NCBI RefSeq assembly: GCF_964204645.1
Contig: NC_134029.1
Location: 18,160,950 to 18,224,949, forward strand
From: Tubulanus polymorphus
Lineage: Eukaryota > Animalia > Nemertea
Direction: 5' to 3'
Length of the DNA stretch: 64,000 bases
Shown in pieces: positions 22,755 to 35,912 of the stretch (position 1 is its first letter; every line of letters starts with the position of its first letter). The notes beneath the pieces are model-generated. The model did not search any database and was not told the origin of the DNA. It saw only the letters and a program-made list of their open reading frames with translations. The position numbers and the translations under genes were made by a program.

Positions 22755-22910
22755 TCTTGTGGTGGTTGCCTGTGGTTGGCGCGGCTGTTGTCTTGCAGTT
22801 GTCTTGAGGTTGTTGCAGCTGTGGTCTCGAAGTTGTCTGTGGTTGTTGCAGCGGTTGTCTCGAGGTTGTTGTCTGGTTGCTGCAGGTGTTGTCTCGAAGT
22901 TGTGTGCTGT
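22755..22910. repeat. GT-rich degenerate short tandem repeat (GTTGTCTCGARGTTGT units)
   Basis: Repeated GTCTYGARGTTGT and GTTGTTGCAG motifs just 5' of the Penelope-like remnant. Confidence 0.7.
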
Positions 22911-23452
22911 GGATCAGTGGGTAAAGCATTGGACTATCTTTTCGTTTGGTTTCTATTCCCAATATAGGCCTAGGGGATGTAAGTCAGAAATCTACTGTAA
23001 TGCCCATGCTCTAACCAAACCCCATAACCGCAGACGTTAACGTAGCCACGGCCTATTGAATATTCGTGGACACTCTGATTCAATAACTCAGCAACATCTT
23101 TTTTTTAACGGATGGATTTCTAGAAATATACATACTGCGTCTTTAACTGTTACGATACTCGTCGAATGGCCATTGGTATACCTAGTTTTCAATTTTCCAT
23201 CCAATTACAACAAATTGACTAAGGTACTCCATCTCACTGACACTGGTCCATCATAAAGCTTTTCTGGAAGGGCTGGTGGTGGTAGTAGTCTGAATACGTC
23301 GTTGTTATGGGTTCCTACAACAGGGAACAACAGCTAATGTCTATTTCTACCTGACTTGAGAGCATAGGCCTACCAGGTGGCCTAAGTAGCTCAGTCAGTT
23401 TAGGTGGTACATAGGCCTACCTGAAACAAGTCTTATTAGGACCAGGAAGGAC

Positions 23453-24247
23453 CACAGGGGTTTGGCGATGGGCTTGGATTTTATTTCCTGGTTGTTGATA
23501 ATCTTGCGAGAATGGCGCTAAATATGAACTGCGAATAAATTCAAAATATCTCGGAAATACCTTATGTTTATATTGTTTATTTATCCGCTATAAAGTTCCG
23601 ATAAACAATTGGTCGTCAAGAATCATTATCAGACGGTCGTCACGCTACTATATAAAATAACAAGGGATGAAACGCAGTTCAAGTCGTGCCAGCCAGAAAG
23701 TTGGGACGGTCACGTGACTTAACGCTTCTTATTTGACTGAATGCAAACCCGAAGCATCTAAGACGGAAACTATGATACGAGAAAATATTTGAGAATAGGC
23801 CTAACTTACATTCAAATGCATTTTTTGACTATGAATTATATATTTCATCATAATTTATTCTTTATAAGTTATTCATTTCATATGAATCATAATCTGACAA
23901 TTGATATCGGTCTGTGAATATGTTAACTTTTCATGTTGAAGTTTTAAATGCGATGACGTCATCAGAATGTCACGTTACTGTCCCAACTTTCTGGCTGAAA
24001 ATTTAAGTACAGCGGAGGCCTGGCGTTTCATCCCTTGTTATTTTATATAGTAAAGCGTGACGACCGTCTGATAATGATTCTTAACGACCAATTGTTTATC
24101 AGAACTTTATAGCGGATAAATAAATAATATAAACAAAAGGTATTTCCGTGATATTTTGAATTTATTCGCAGTTCATATTCAGCGCCATTCTCGCGAGATT
24201 ATCAACAACCCAGAAATAAAATCCAAGCCCATCGCCAAACCCCTGTG
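23453..24247. mobile_element. Foldback MITE with TIRs of about 270 bp and CACAGG termini (P-like)
   Basis: 23453 CACAGGGGTTTGGCGATGGGCTTGGATTTTATTTC... is the reverse complement of ...GAAATAAAATCCAAGCCCATCGCCAAACCCCTGTG at 24247. The TSD is only partial (GAAGGAC/GAAAGCT). Confidence 0.88.
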
Positions 24248-25264
24248 GAAAGCTCTGGCAGTGGACCTAAAACATTGATTTTAAATCCATTCTTCACTTT
24301 TTGAAGGATATATCCAAAATAGGCCTAAAGTCTTCATTGAAGAAAGGGGTTACAAAGAGAAAATTGACTACATTATTTGAAAGTTTAACAATATGTTTCC
24401 ATACCTACCTACTGAAGTTTGGTTTTAGTACTAGACCTAAGTGGTAACTTAGCAGCACCATTTCACTTCGTCTTCAGTTGAATCAGTCGAGGCGGCATCA
24501 GTTTGTTGCGTTGCGTGTAGGTGTAGTGTAAAATAAAGTCTGGTTGGTGGTCCTGCCTGAAAAATGGCCAATACGGCAGCACTTTTCGGCTGATCCTATT
24601 TCTATCGTTCATGTTCTCGTTCTTGAATTTTCTTCTTCACACCACAAACGAATGAATCACGTGGAATGAATGGATGAATGAATGAATGAACCATGAGTCC
24701 GCAACATTTAATGCCGGTGCGCAAATACACATTCGTCCGCCCGCTAGTGCCACCTCAGTGACATCCTCGCTTGCCAGGGTCCGGTCGACTGGTTGCCTGC
24801 ACTTTTGAAGGTAGAGACCGGCAACCAGTCTAGGGTCCAGTATCGCTACGAAACCTCGCTTAACGAATCCCTTGATAGCGACTGGCGGCAAAAGCTGCGG
24901 AAATAGTGAATGACGTTTATTTCTTAGAATGTGGAGTTTAGGAAATAAACTTTTCCGATTGAAACCGTCTTTACATTGGGGAAACTGGGAGAAATCTTGA
25001 TCGTATTAAGGAACATAAACCGGATGTTTTTAATCGAGAAATTAGTAGTTCTTCATTCATTAGAAACCGGACATAATTTTGAATTCCCTGGAGCCGGTAT
25101 TATTTTTCCTAACAGCAATGTCACCAAAAGGAATTAATCTGCTTTGATTAGCACTCACTCCAACCGCTCTGTCAACCTTAACAAAAGTTTCAGCTACCCA
25201 TAATAAACCGCGACAGTAGGGGTACTCAAGACCCCATTGCTTTATGTGCAGTGATTCGTATCTC

Positions 25265-25294
25265 CATGGACTCTAATTCGTTTTAGAGTCCATG
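25265..25294. mobile_element. 30-bp P-like mini-element or excision footprint
   Basis: CATGGACTCTAA-ttcgtt-TTAGAGTCCATG flanked by GTATCTC and GCATCTC (7-bp TSD, one mismatch). Confidence 0.6.
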
Positions 25295-26409
25295 GCATCT
25301 CATATCATACTTACATACATATATACTGTGTATTTATTTGGTGAGTCATTTTAGACTGGGGTAGTAGCAACCACGGAAATATTTCTAGTACTTCGATCAA
25401 CTTTTTAGAAATTTCTTCATTTCTGTTACTATCATCATTCTATCACGGATATTGTGAGCTACAACTGAATCAGTTACAATTGGTGATTCTGGAGCCGGAT
25501 GCTCATTAGTTAATTAACAGAAATATGAAAAATTCATATACATAAACAACATACGGTACCTGATACAAAATTGTTTTGTGATAGATCTTCAATCATTGAA
25601 ATGATCCAGGCCAAGTGATTAATGAAAAAGTGCAATCAGGTTTTTTGGGTGGCAGTTTAAGGAGCCCGAGTGTAAGGGGTGAAGCATTTTGAGGAAAGTT
25701 TGGGGTCCTCCACAAAGAAAATTTCGAAGGATTTATATACATTTCCCAACGCACTCTGGGTACAGGGCTTTCTTTTCAGAAAATCATCCATCTGACCGAA
25801 GTCATGGTGATCGTCGATCCCGACGGACGAACATCACCATCATATGCAACTGAGAGTAAATTCAAAGAAAATACAGTTACCCGCCTAATCCAGATCAGCT
25901 TTGTCGGGATTTTTGTCCAATCCGGACAATATTTGCAGTGCATTTATTCCCTAATATAGGCCTACAAGAAAATAACTTTTAATCCGGATTTCCAGTAAAC
26001 CGTCCGCATGAATTTTTTTGGTCCCAAATGATCAAAATTAAGTGGATTCTTTTGTATTTAGGTCAAGACCCCTTGGAACCACATCTGCATCCGAGCTACA
26101 GCCTAGTGTTCATAAGTTATGAATCAGGTACCCAAGTGCACTCAAGAGGTACTGAGTAGACAGTGTCTCGGCTGAGGGACTTCATTGCACCAAATCTATT
26201 TTCATGTAATAGAACATGTACTGAGTACTGAGCCTACAAAATTTCTGAACCTGGTATTCCTTCCACGTTCTTAAGAGATCCTTTCGCTTGAATAAGTACA
26301 AGAGAAAAAATGGAAGGCCGAGAAGATATTTATAAAATTATTACAAATTTTAATAACATTTTTTCAGTCATCTAGTTTACAAGCAGATACATGATTTAAA
26401 ACACGTTCT

Positions 26410-26415
26410 TTTATT
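26410..26415 (-). terminator. Candidate polyadenylation signal of the ZNF608/609-like gene
   Basis: AATAAA on the minus strand at the end of an AT-rich stretch of about 2.3 kb with no recognised repeats, downstream of the stop codon. Confidence 0.35.
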
Positions 26416-28681
26416 TATCGCGATGTGAATTCTGCGTCCAATAGTAAATCATAAATGCAATACACAAAGTCACTAAAAATTACAAAAAATCTACCAAATT
26501 CGCATTCTGACTGCAAAAAATCAATTTCAAAAAATCAATTTCACCAGTCTGTTGTCATGGATGTTTTCATTCCAGCTCATCGCAACACCCGGAAATTCGC
26601 ATAAGATTTTTCGTAATTATTAGCATTGTAGACCTTTTACCTAATAATTGCAAATGTACTTCAATAATAAAACACACAGTTCATCTCTGTTGGAATGCAT
26701 ATACATGTGTAAACAGGAATTATTGTCCATAGATATTTTTCTCTGCGTTGTAATCTAAATGGTATAATAATGATATACGTAATACGTACATATATCTATA
26801 TAACTATTTATAACTAGATTAATAACGAAATAACAGTAATGCTTAATAATAAAATACAACATACTCATTTAATTACTACGGTAGCATCATCTGAAGATGC
26901 ACACATTTCATGTGTAGATGTCCACGGTCGAGGTGGATTAGATAATTTTGAACTCCGAGTTCAAGGCACAGGCAATGTGGGCAGCTCGAATGTTGACATC
27001 TTTGAGTCCTCGAACTGAATTTTGTCAATACAAAATTTTCCATGGACATCTTACCAGATGACCTCGTCAAATTTTGATGAGATTTATTTCACTTTTTCAG
27101 GGAATGCCTGCTACCAGTACCAATGTTAGAATGAAATCTTGCTAGAATTCAATGTTCGACAGTCCACCGGAATATGGATATGACAAATTACGAAACGAAA
27201 GAAAAAGAGAAATTGAGAATTGGGGTGAAAGTGAGATCAAAATCAACAGTTACTGAACCTCATATCAAACTGTTCATTCAAAATTGATAATGATTTACTG
27301 ATGATTGATAAAAACAAACAAAATAACTGAAAACGAAAAAAGCATTACTGATATTTGTGTCCGCTGCTTAAAATGCAGCATACTTTTGATATAATATTAT
27401 AATACTACCCTCAATAGATAACACTCATGACATGACAGTAGGATATTGGAAATATTTACAAGTCGTCATGTTAAGTGCAATCTATTGTCAGATTTCGAAA
27501 TTACAAATCCCATATATGTAACAGGGCAATAATAACCATTTCTAATTACTACCGATTACTGCTAATTTACGTGTAATAGTTGCGTACGTGTATCCATTCT
27601 GGTGAAATGAAAGACTCAATTGTTGCAATTTCTGAACTAGCGCCTCACTAAAACTATATACTTATATATCAGAAAAAAATTGCAGAAATGCATTTCCAGA
27701 CATACGTAGGCCAAACATGAACAACAATTTCAAAGTATCATTGTTAAGAGCACAATGAAATAAAACTTTCAATTGGAGATGAAACAAGAAATCTACATCA
27801 AATGAAATTTCTTACAAATTCAATACAAAAAGAAAAATCCTGATGCAAGACTTCAATCCAGATTTCGTGAAAGCTAAATTCAAATTTTACCCCACAGTGA
27901 TCACACTACATAAAAACGTATGCCTTTTATCAATAATTGTATTTTTCCTATGTACATATGATACATGCAATACATATGTTTGTATACTGCATTTCATCCA
28001 ATCATGAAAGAATAGCACAAATAATACGCACAAAATCATTCTCAATGCACCTAAACACGCTCGTAAACTCGAAAACCGCACACAAAATATCATCCAAATT
28101 GGACGATTATCGCAGTAGGAAAGTATCGGCAAATTACAGGCAAATAATCAATAAGTAAGTCCAGAATTATTCCTTCATCATGACTATGTATGTATATGGC
28201 ACTAAGAAAATTTCACAGACTCAAATATTTCACAATATGATTCACATACCATACATAAACAGGGCAACAATTGTATCGCATAATTTTCTTGAAACAAAAA
28301 AAATCGCTGTGCAATATTAATGAAAATCCCATGATGACTTGTGCAATATAATCCAAATCTTCACGATTATCAATTCCAAATGTCACGTCCATAATTCCAG
28401 CTCGTAAGTTCTAATTACTGAAGAGATCCCAAGGTCCATACGTATATTGATAATCCAATCACACACACGCACGCGCATACATTGATCATAAATCCTTGCT
28501 ATGTATAATCCAGATTTAATCATAGTCCACAGTAATCCAGATAAACTTGCACAATAATCCCGTAGGTAGAAGTAATAAACCACGTAATATATGACATGGC
28601 ACACGATACAACAGTTTACTATTAAAGACACCAAGCACCATTATTGATCGATAAGTCCTCATTTTTTTGCAAATAAATCCA

Positions 28682-31600
28682 TCACTTTCCGGCATAAGGA
28701 TGTGGAGGTATTCCAGCAGCGGCGGCCGCGGCTGCCTGTTGAGATGCAATGATTGCTGCAAGAGAGAAAAGAAACATTGTTGAATCCAAATCATGATCAA
28801 CCTAAAAAAAACCAGAACAAATGTAGCCAGAATCGATACGTGTGAAATGTGTGTACACTTAAAGCAGCAGTGGAAAGCAGATATTGTTTGCTAAATGAGG
28901 CAGCTAGGTTAACGAAACTTATCCAAATTTAGAGAAATTGAACAAAGCTATAGCTTCACATGTAACACATAGAAAGGTACAATGTAAAACCCTTTACTCC
29001 AAAATATTCAACGATTAAATTTGAACCTAAAACTCATCGATTAGTTGTGCTCTGTGCAAGGCGTATGGAAAGCCAACGCTTTAAACAGTAGACGTTATAT
29101 ACCGAAACGTAAAATATCAGGACGGTAATACAATAATTAAATGACTGTCTTCTGTGTTTCTCAAATTGTCTCAAAGCGTTGGCTATTCCATAGGCTTGTA
29201 ATATGCATTAGGGTTTTACAGTACCTTGAGGATCGTGTGGCCACTTACCACCATAAGGGTCATATATAGCACCAGGTGGGTAGCCGCCCATTAGGTGTGT
29301 ATGGTGGTGAGTATGTAGATGGCGCTGCGGTGGTGGCGAATTCGTATACTCCGATTTCGACTTATTTGACATCGGCGAACCCTCCGCCATTTTAGGTGAC
29401 ATTCTCGAGTCGGGTTTCACTTTTTCGAGTTCATGAATTTTATGCTGCTGACTCGCGTAATAAGACGCGTGCTGCTGCAAAAGGTCCAACGCTTTCGGTT
29501 GTTCACCGATGACACCGGGAGGAGGCTGTCCAACCGGATGACCAGCGGCAGACGGAATTGGAGGGATTTTGTCCTTGTCCGGATGATCGACGGGCGACAT
29601 GTAGCGGATCTGAGCGGGATGCATGTATGGATGGCCCGGGTATCCCATCATGGGCGCCAAACCGCGGTACATCGGATGATTCGGATTCGGATCGTAATGC
29701 AATTGAGCCGCGTAATGCGGATACGGATGACCCATATAGCCCGGATACGCACCCTGCACCATGTTAGCACCACTATGACCGACGGGCGTCATATCTTTAT
29801 GTTTACTTGTCATGGCTGGACTGCCTCGTTTATCATCGATACGATGATGCGGAGGCGGAAATTTGTTTGCGTCTTCGCGATGTTTCGTCGAGCCGTCGCG
29901 ACTGCCGCTGCTGTCTCGACTACGTTCCATCGCTTCCCGCTGTTTTGTGGAATCGTGCGGCGTCGGAACTTTACCTGGACGCTGCCCGGAGTCTTTGTGT
30001 GAAGATTTCTCCGATTTCAACGACTCGGAATGTTGTAAATCGCGTTGTTGTTTATGGTCAGAACGCGAATGTTCAGATTTCTGACGATCGTGCTCGCTGT
30101 GACCGCGCTTGCGAATATCTTCGGCGCGATGCTGCTCCATCAGTTTTTGTTGTTGATACATGTAATACCGCTGTAACTCTTCTTGATGTTTTTCGCGAAG
30201 TTTTTCCTGTTGAACAACGTTCGGATCGATCACGTCCTTAGGTTCGGTTTTAATACGAATCGTCTCTTTCGCGGTGACGACTTTCTTTCCAGAATCGCTG
30301 GCACCCGATTTCAAATTCATCGGTTGATCGTAGTCTTTTTCACTGCCGATCTTGGATTCGAGCAGCTTCGGATCGTTTTTATTCTGATCGACGATCGGAA
30401 GATTTTTCGGACTACCCGTACGTGATAAACGATCATCTAATTTCACTGGTTCCGTTCCGGTGGTTGGTTTATTTGGCGTTTTACACTCTGGAGCGTTCGG
30501 CGACGATTTTCCACCCGCACCCATTTGCTCTCTTCGTATACGTTCCTGTTCTTCCATGTAAAGTTCGTGTTGTTGTTTGTAATGAGGATCTGTCGCCATC
30601 AGATGCATATGATAAGCGGGATCCATCGCGTATCCATACGCACCCATATACGAGAACTGTGGGTGCGTTATAGCGCGACCGTACATCTGAGGTTGCTGCT
30701 GTTGTTGCTGCTGCTGCTGTATTTTTTGTTGTTGTTGCTGTTGTTGATAATCTTGCGATTCGGGATAATTCGAAACGACTTCTTTCTTGATATTCTTAAT
30801 CAATCCGTTATCATCTTTCGCCCCAATGCTGGCAGCACCTTTTTCTGCATTTGCGGTTGATTTCGTCGCATCGATCGGCTGCGATGACGAGTCTATCGAT
30901 TTTCCAGTTTTCTTTGCGTCGTTTCCAGCGCTAACCCCCGGCGGCGTCGTGGCCGGTGTGTTAGACTGAGTTTTAGAAACAGTCGGTATCAGATATGGCG
31001 GCTGACCGTAATACGAATACATGCCGTACTGTTTCATCGAGGTGTCTGCGTTACGTTCAGGAGTATTCATACTTTCAGGTTGAGTACATTTCGGATTTTC
31101 TTTTGCGGTTTTACCTTCGTTTTCGCTATCCAACTGAGGCGCTGACTCATTGGCGTCCGATATATCTGAGTACGCAGGGCTTTGAACATTCTCGCTGCCT
31201 GGTTCGGCAACTTCAGACTGTTGAGGCCCTGCTATAGGAGAACTCAAGTTTAAACTAGCTGGAGGTACACTTCCGCGTGACTGCTGTTGGTGTGCGTCAA
31301 CACTAGAGGGCGTATTCGCCGTTGTCGATTCAGATTTTTGTTTAAGCACTGATTTCGATCTGTTATCTGAACTTTCCGCAGCTTTATTACTACTAAGGGA
31401 AGGGTTCGCTTTAATCACAGATTTTGGTTCACATTTCACAGCCGTATGATCATCTTTGTTATTATCCGTGGTTTTTGTGTCGCGATTGTCCGAAGATTTT
31501 TGCGCGTCGCGATCACCTTTGTCTTTCTTCTTCTTTTTCGCTTTTTTTTCTTTCTGTAAACCGGCTAATACCGGATTCACAGTGGACGGTTCGGTCATCG

Positions 31601-34600
31601 AAGTGGGCTTCGGTTGAATCGGTTTTAAATTCGACGTGGGACTAATTTGCGGAGCTGCCATGGTGGAATGTGTCAATGGTCCGGTGGTTAACGTAATCAC
31701 TTGCGGCATCGCGGTAGCCGGTACGATTGGCCGCTGTGCCACCGTTTTGCTACTTTTTCCTTTGCTTTCGCCTTTCTTTTTCTTATCGTCTTTTTCGCCG
31801 ATGATGTGCGCCGGAATCGTCGCGACCGTCGTGATCGGTACCGTCACCGCCGTTATCGTCGTGGCCGTTGACTGACCGATCACGTGCGTTGTGGTGGCGT
31901 CCATCGGTTTTTGTACGACTGTCAAATTTCCGATGCGCGTAACATTCGCGCTAGTAATTTGATAAACCTGCGATGATGTCACCGGTGTAGCCGAATTCGT
32001 ACTACTGACCGTTGCGATGGTTTCAGTGTTAGTTTTAGCTACCGTCGCGACAGAGTCCGATTTCTCATTAATCGAATCTTTGGCGGAACTACTCGTAGAC
32101 GATTTGCTATCGCTACCGGAATCTTTCGATGTTTTCGATTCGGTAATATCCACTTTAGTTTGATTGGCTTTCGTTTTATCGGTTGTGTCTTTCGATTTCG
32201 GCGTTCGTCTGCCAGTCGTTTTGCTATCGCTGCTCACCGAATCGGTAGGCGTCGATGGCCGACTATCCTCAGAACTATTCTCTTTGTCTTTATCTTCGCT
32301 ATTATTCGAACTATTCGCCGTGTGCGCATGGCTCTGGTGATAGCGTAGTCCGTTGATATGACGATACTTTTTATTACAGTTCGGTTCGGGACACTCAATC
32401 AGCGCCGGCTCCGATAATTCGGATGTTGCCAACGATGATATTCCTGTCGGCGTACCACGAGAATTTGAACGATAACGTTTCGCGGATTTAATGTCTTCGG
32501 GGTTTATATCTAAATCTACTGGCCGACCTTTACGCTTAATTCCACTGGATGTGATATCGGATTTAGCCGGGCTCGGTGGAGCTATAGTTCCATTACCGCG
32601 TCTGCCTTTACGAAGCTTGCGAGTCTCGAGACTTGTTTCCGTAACCGGTGTACTGCTCACACTACCTCTAGCTCCACGTTTTCCACCCCGTTTCGGTGTT
32701 CTGGCATCAATATCACTCGTGGGGGAATCACAGGAAAACCTACGAAGAAAAAGACAAACATTAGTTATGTTTCGATTAACAGATTACAGATAATATTGTT
32801 AGTGCATTCTTACATGTCAGAGATTGGTACTTATAATATATTGTAATAAATGTATTTTAATAATTTTGACAGTGGTTTTGGTATATTTTACACCAATTGC
32901 ACAGTCAGTTGCAGCCAGGAATACATTTTGGAGAAAGTGAAACGAAGACATCTTAGAGATAGACTGTGGGCCTCCAGAAAATTTTGAAAAAAAAAAAATA
33001 TTGACAAGATTAGATTAGTTATCCAAAGGTTTTTTTAAGTAAATAGGGCCTGGGTCATTCAATTTCTAAAGCATACTTTCAAGCTCCAAAAATAGTAAAA
33101 TACATTTTTTTAGGGGGATGTGTCCATCTCTACATTCAGGGTTAAAGGTTGGCACTGCTATGCCATTATTTTCTCACATCAAAAGTCGATATGAACTACT
33201 TGTACAATGGTATTTATTGCAAGAGTAAATGCATGCATATTTACTTAGATATTTTAAACCATCAACTCAAAGTGCCTTTATCATTACCCAGTGTTTTCAA
33301 TCGTCCATGCTTATCATTCTATCATAACAGAATTTACAAAAAGCTATTCTGTCTTGAAAATGACAAGTAAGCCTTGCAGAAAATAAAGCAAAACCCACTT
33401 AAAACAGTTCAACATCTACCTCAGATGATAGTTATCTTATATAATTAACTCACCTAGGCGGGGCCCAATCATGTTTAGTTGCATCCAACAAAGTGCCGAC
33501 GTAGGTCTTTCCACGCCACGTAACGTTGACAACCAAAACGCCTAAAAAATAAAAATAATTTTTGTTCTTTATAAACAGTTGACACTTGATTGTGCAGCCA
33601 TCTACCGAGCATTTTAAGGACCATTAAGCGCGCAACAATCAGTCGTGAATGAATCGGAAATTAATCGGCAAGAATCATAGTGAGTTAGTTGAATTGTGAA
33701 GCATATCATCCTGTTTCGCAAGACTGTGTTATAACTTCGATCACTTTTAACCCATCGTTATCAGTTATATACATAATAAATAATGCAGATTATATCATTA
33801 TCATAATATGAATCATTCGGCAAATTTTTTATCCTTTTGTGAAAATTGGATAACCGTGACTGTAAATCTACGAATACTGGTCTAACAATAGTCTAAAAAT
33901 AATAACGATCAATTTATCAATTACTGCTTTGTGAACGTACCATTTTCAGTTTCCTGCCAAACAATGCCTTCTAGACAAACGCTCGTTCCTGGTTCACAAG
34001 CCCCAAGGCATTCAGGCTCTGTGATCGTTCCAACATGACTGGTGGCCGTCGATGCGTCTACCGAAGGGGCCGAGATTGAACTTCCCGATGAATTAGCAGT
34101 GTTATCCGGCTGGAAATAAAAAAAGAAAGATCAGTCCCAGTTTTGTAATCAGCCAACGTGTAATGGACTAAAAGTTTTAACGAGTAGAAAAACAGAATTG
34201 AAATTTCAATTCACAAAATGTACAACGACTTCATCACTAAAGCTTCATCAATAATTCAATTAAATTTGAATTCAAATGTAACACCTCATTTATTGACATG
34301 GGTATCGTCTATTGTCTAGTATCAAAGCACTCATGTGGCAAAACATAAGGAGCTATTGAAAGGATAAAATTGTCTCGCGCCATTTTACCCCATTGCCTGG
34401 CTTAACAATATAAACAATTTGCCTGAGAGACGACAAAGAGCTATTCACATTTCAACAAGCAGAGTTTACAGCAGAACAAGTGCCTCGTGTGAAAGAGCCA
34501 AGTCTACTTCTATTCGAGCCGATCAAGCGCAAATACTCGCCCGCGATTGGTCGAGGACGTTGCGCTTATTGACGAATCACGTCGCGCCGTTGTGAAGTGT

Positions 34601-35880
34601 GAATCATTGTATGAACGGTTAGACATGTGGTATTAGAGTAAAGGTTCACGCTGTATTGCTTCACTCAGGCAATAATTACAGGTTTTATGGTTGAATTGAT
34701 AGATTTATTCGCGAGAAGGCGCAATGGTTTAATTCAACAATGGTTTAATTCTACAAGGCGAGAGAAGCACAGATATTCAATCAGTCAATATGATTTTGTT
34801 TCTTTCAAATCATTTGAATCGGGCATAGTATTCCTATTTTCACGGGTCGACAAAGAGCAAATAAGTCGAATAATTTCAGAGAATTTTCACCCACTTTCTC
34901 CATTAGCTTACACGCACTATCATTACACTATTTCTGTAATTCTTTCTGAAATTGATTGATTGATGATTGAATAAAATAAGATTTTCTTATTTCATTAATA
35001 TCATTATCATTACGATCGTCATTATAATGGTTATATTATAATCTTACGAACCATCTACACTTTAGCTTTTAACTTTTCACTGCGCTTCTCTTACCTTTTC
35101 AACCTTAATCTTCTTCAGCGGCATCGTAATCCGGTCTTCGACCTTGGCGTTAAACTCGTACGGATCGGACGTCACTTCTCGTTTAATCCCGGCCGCTGTT
35201 GTCAGTTTATTACCGTCGCCGTCGACGCTGGTTTGATTATTCGTCGAATCCGAGTTCGAATTATTAGATCCATAATTATTCGGAAATCCGTTCGCAAACG
35301 TACCGCTTGTACTATTATTATCCGTTGTATTATTACTCGCACCAGCTGCTGCTGCAGCGGCGGCCGATTTCGCTTTATCCTTCGCATTTTTATCCTTTTT
35401 GTGCGCGCCGCGACCTTTGACGGTTTTTTCTCGAGCCTCGGCCGGGCTCGTTTTAGTTTTCGTATTCGGCGCCGCACCCGCCGCTGCTGGGTTATCAGCG
35501 CCGGCATTCGCTTCGTTAATATTCGCTAGTTTCGAGTCGTTTTTCACGATTTCGTGTTTGTTAGTGTCCGACGACTTTCCGCCACTTTTACGCTTGATTT
35601 TCATTTTTAATCCTTTATCGACGACTGTTGCCTGGTGTTCGAATGAACTCATCTTCGTAGCCGGTGACGGGTCACTGATCGGTGACGTATTGTTGCGCTC
35701 GAGGTCCGCGTCTAAATCGATGATTAAATCGCCGACGCCGAGCTCCCATCCTTCGTTATCGTCATCGTCGAATCCTTGCCCATCGGCGGTCAGGTTGCTA
35801 CTCAAACTCGGGATCTGACACGTTGTTGACTCTGTTGCCACGGCTGCAGCGGTGTGGCCCTGTTGAGATATCTCTTTCAT
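28682..35880 (-). CDS. ZNF608: Zinc finger protein 608/609-like (scribbler/brakeless orthologue), 1,535 aa; exons 35880-35095, 34109-33941, 33541-33454, 32739-29249, 28755-28682
   Basis: All introns are GT-AG and phases match (786+169+88+3491+74 = 4,608 nt). Family motifs: [75 protein letters not shown], single C2H2 finger [33 protein letters not shown] and [14 protein letters not shown]. Confidence 0.95.
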
Positions 35881-35912
35881 TTGCCGCGACTTAAACCATA
35901 ACGGATCATCAT
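35877..35912 (-). promoter_or_regulatory. u[14 protein letters not shown] whose TGA overlaps the main ATG
   Basis: Minus strand: CTTTCAG|GTTCAG ATG ATG ATC CGT TAT GGT TTA AGT CGC GGC AAA TGA. The main start lies within AAATGAAAG. Confidence 0.5.

Noticed and set aside
29208-32660. The 1,150-aa ORF as a stand-alone gene
   Set aside because: It is an internal exon (32739-29249). The listed start is GTG and the tail reads into an intron.
29433-32793. Many plus-strand ORFs of 60-190 aa
   Set aside because: Antisense shadows of the large ZNF608-like exon, with no recognisable motifs.
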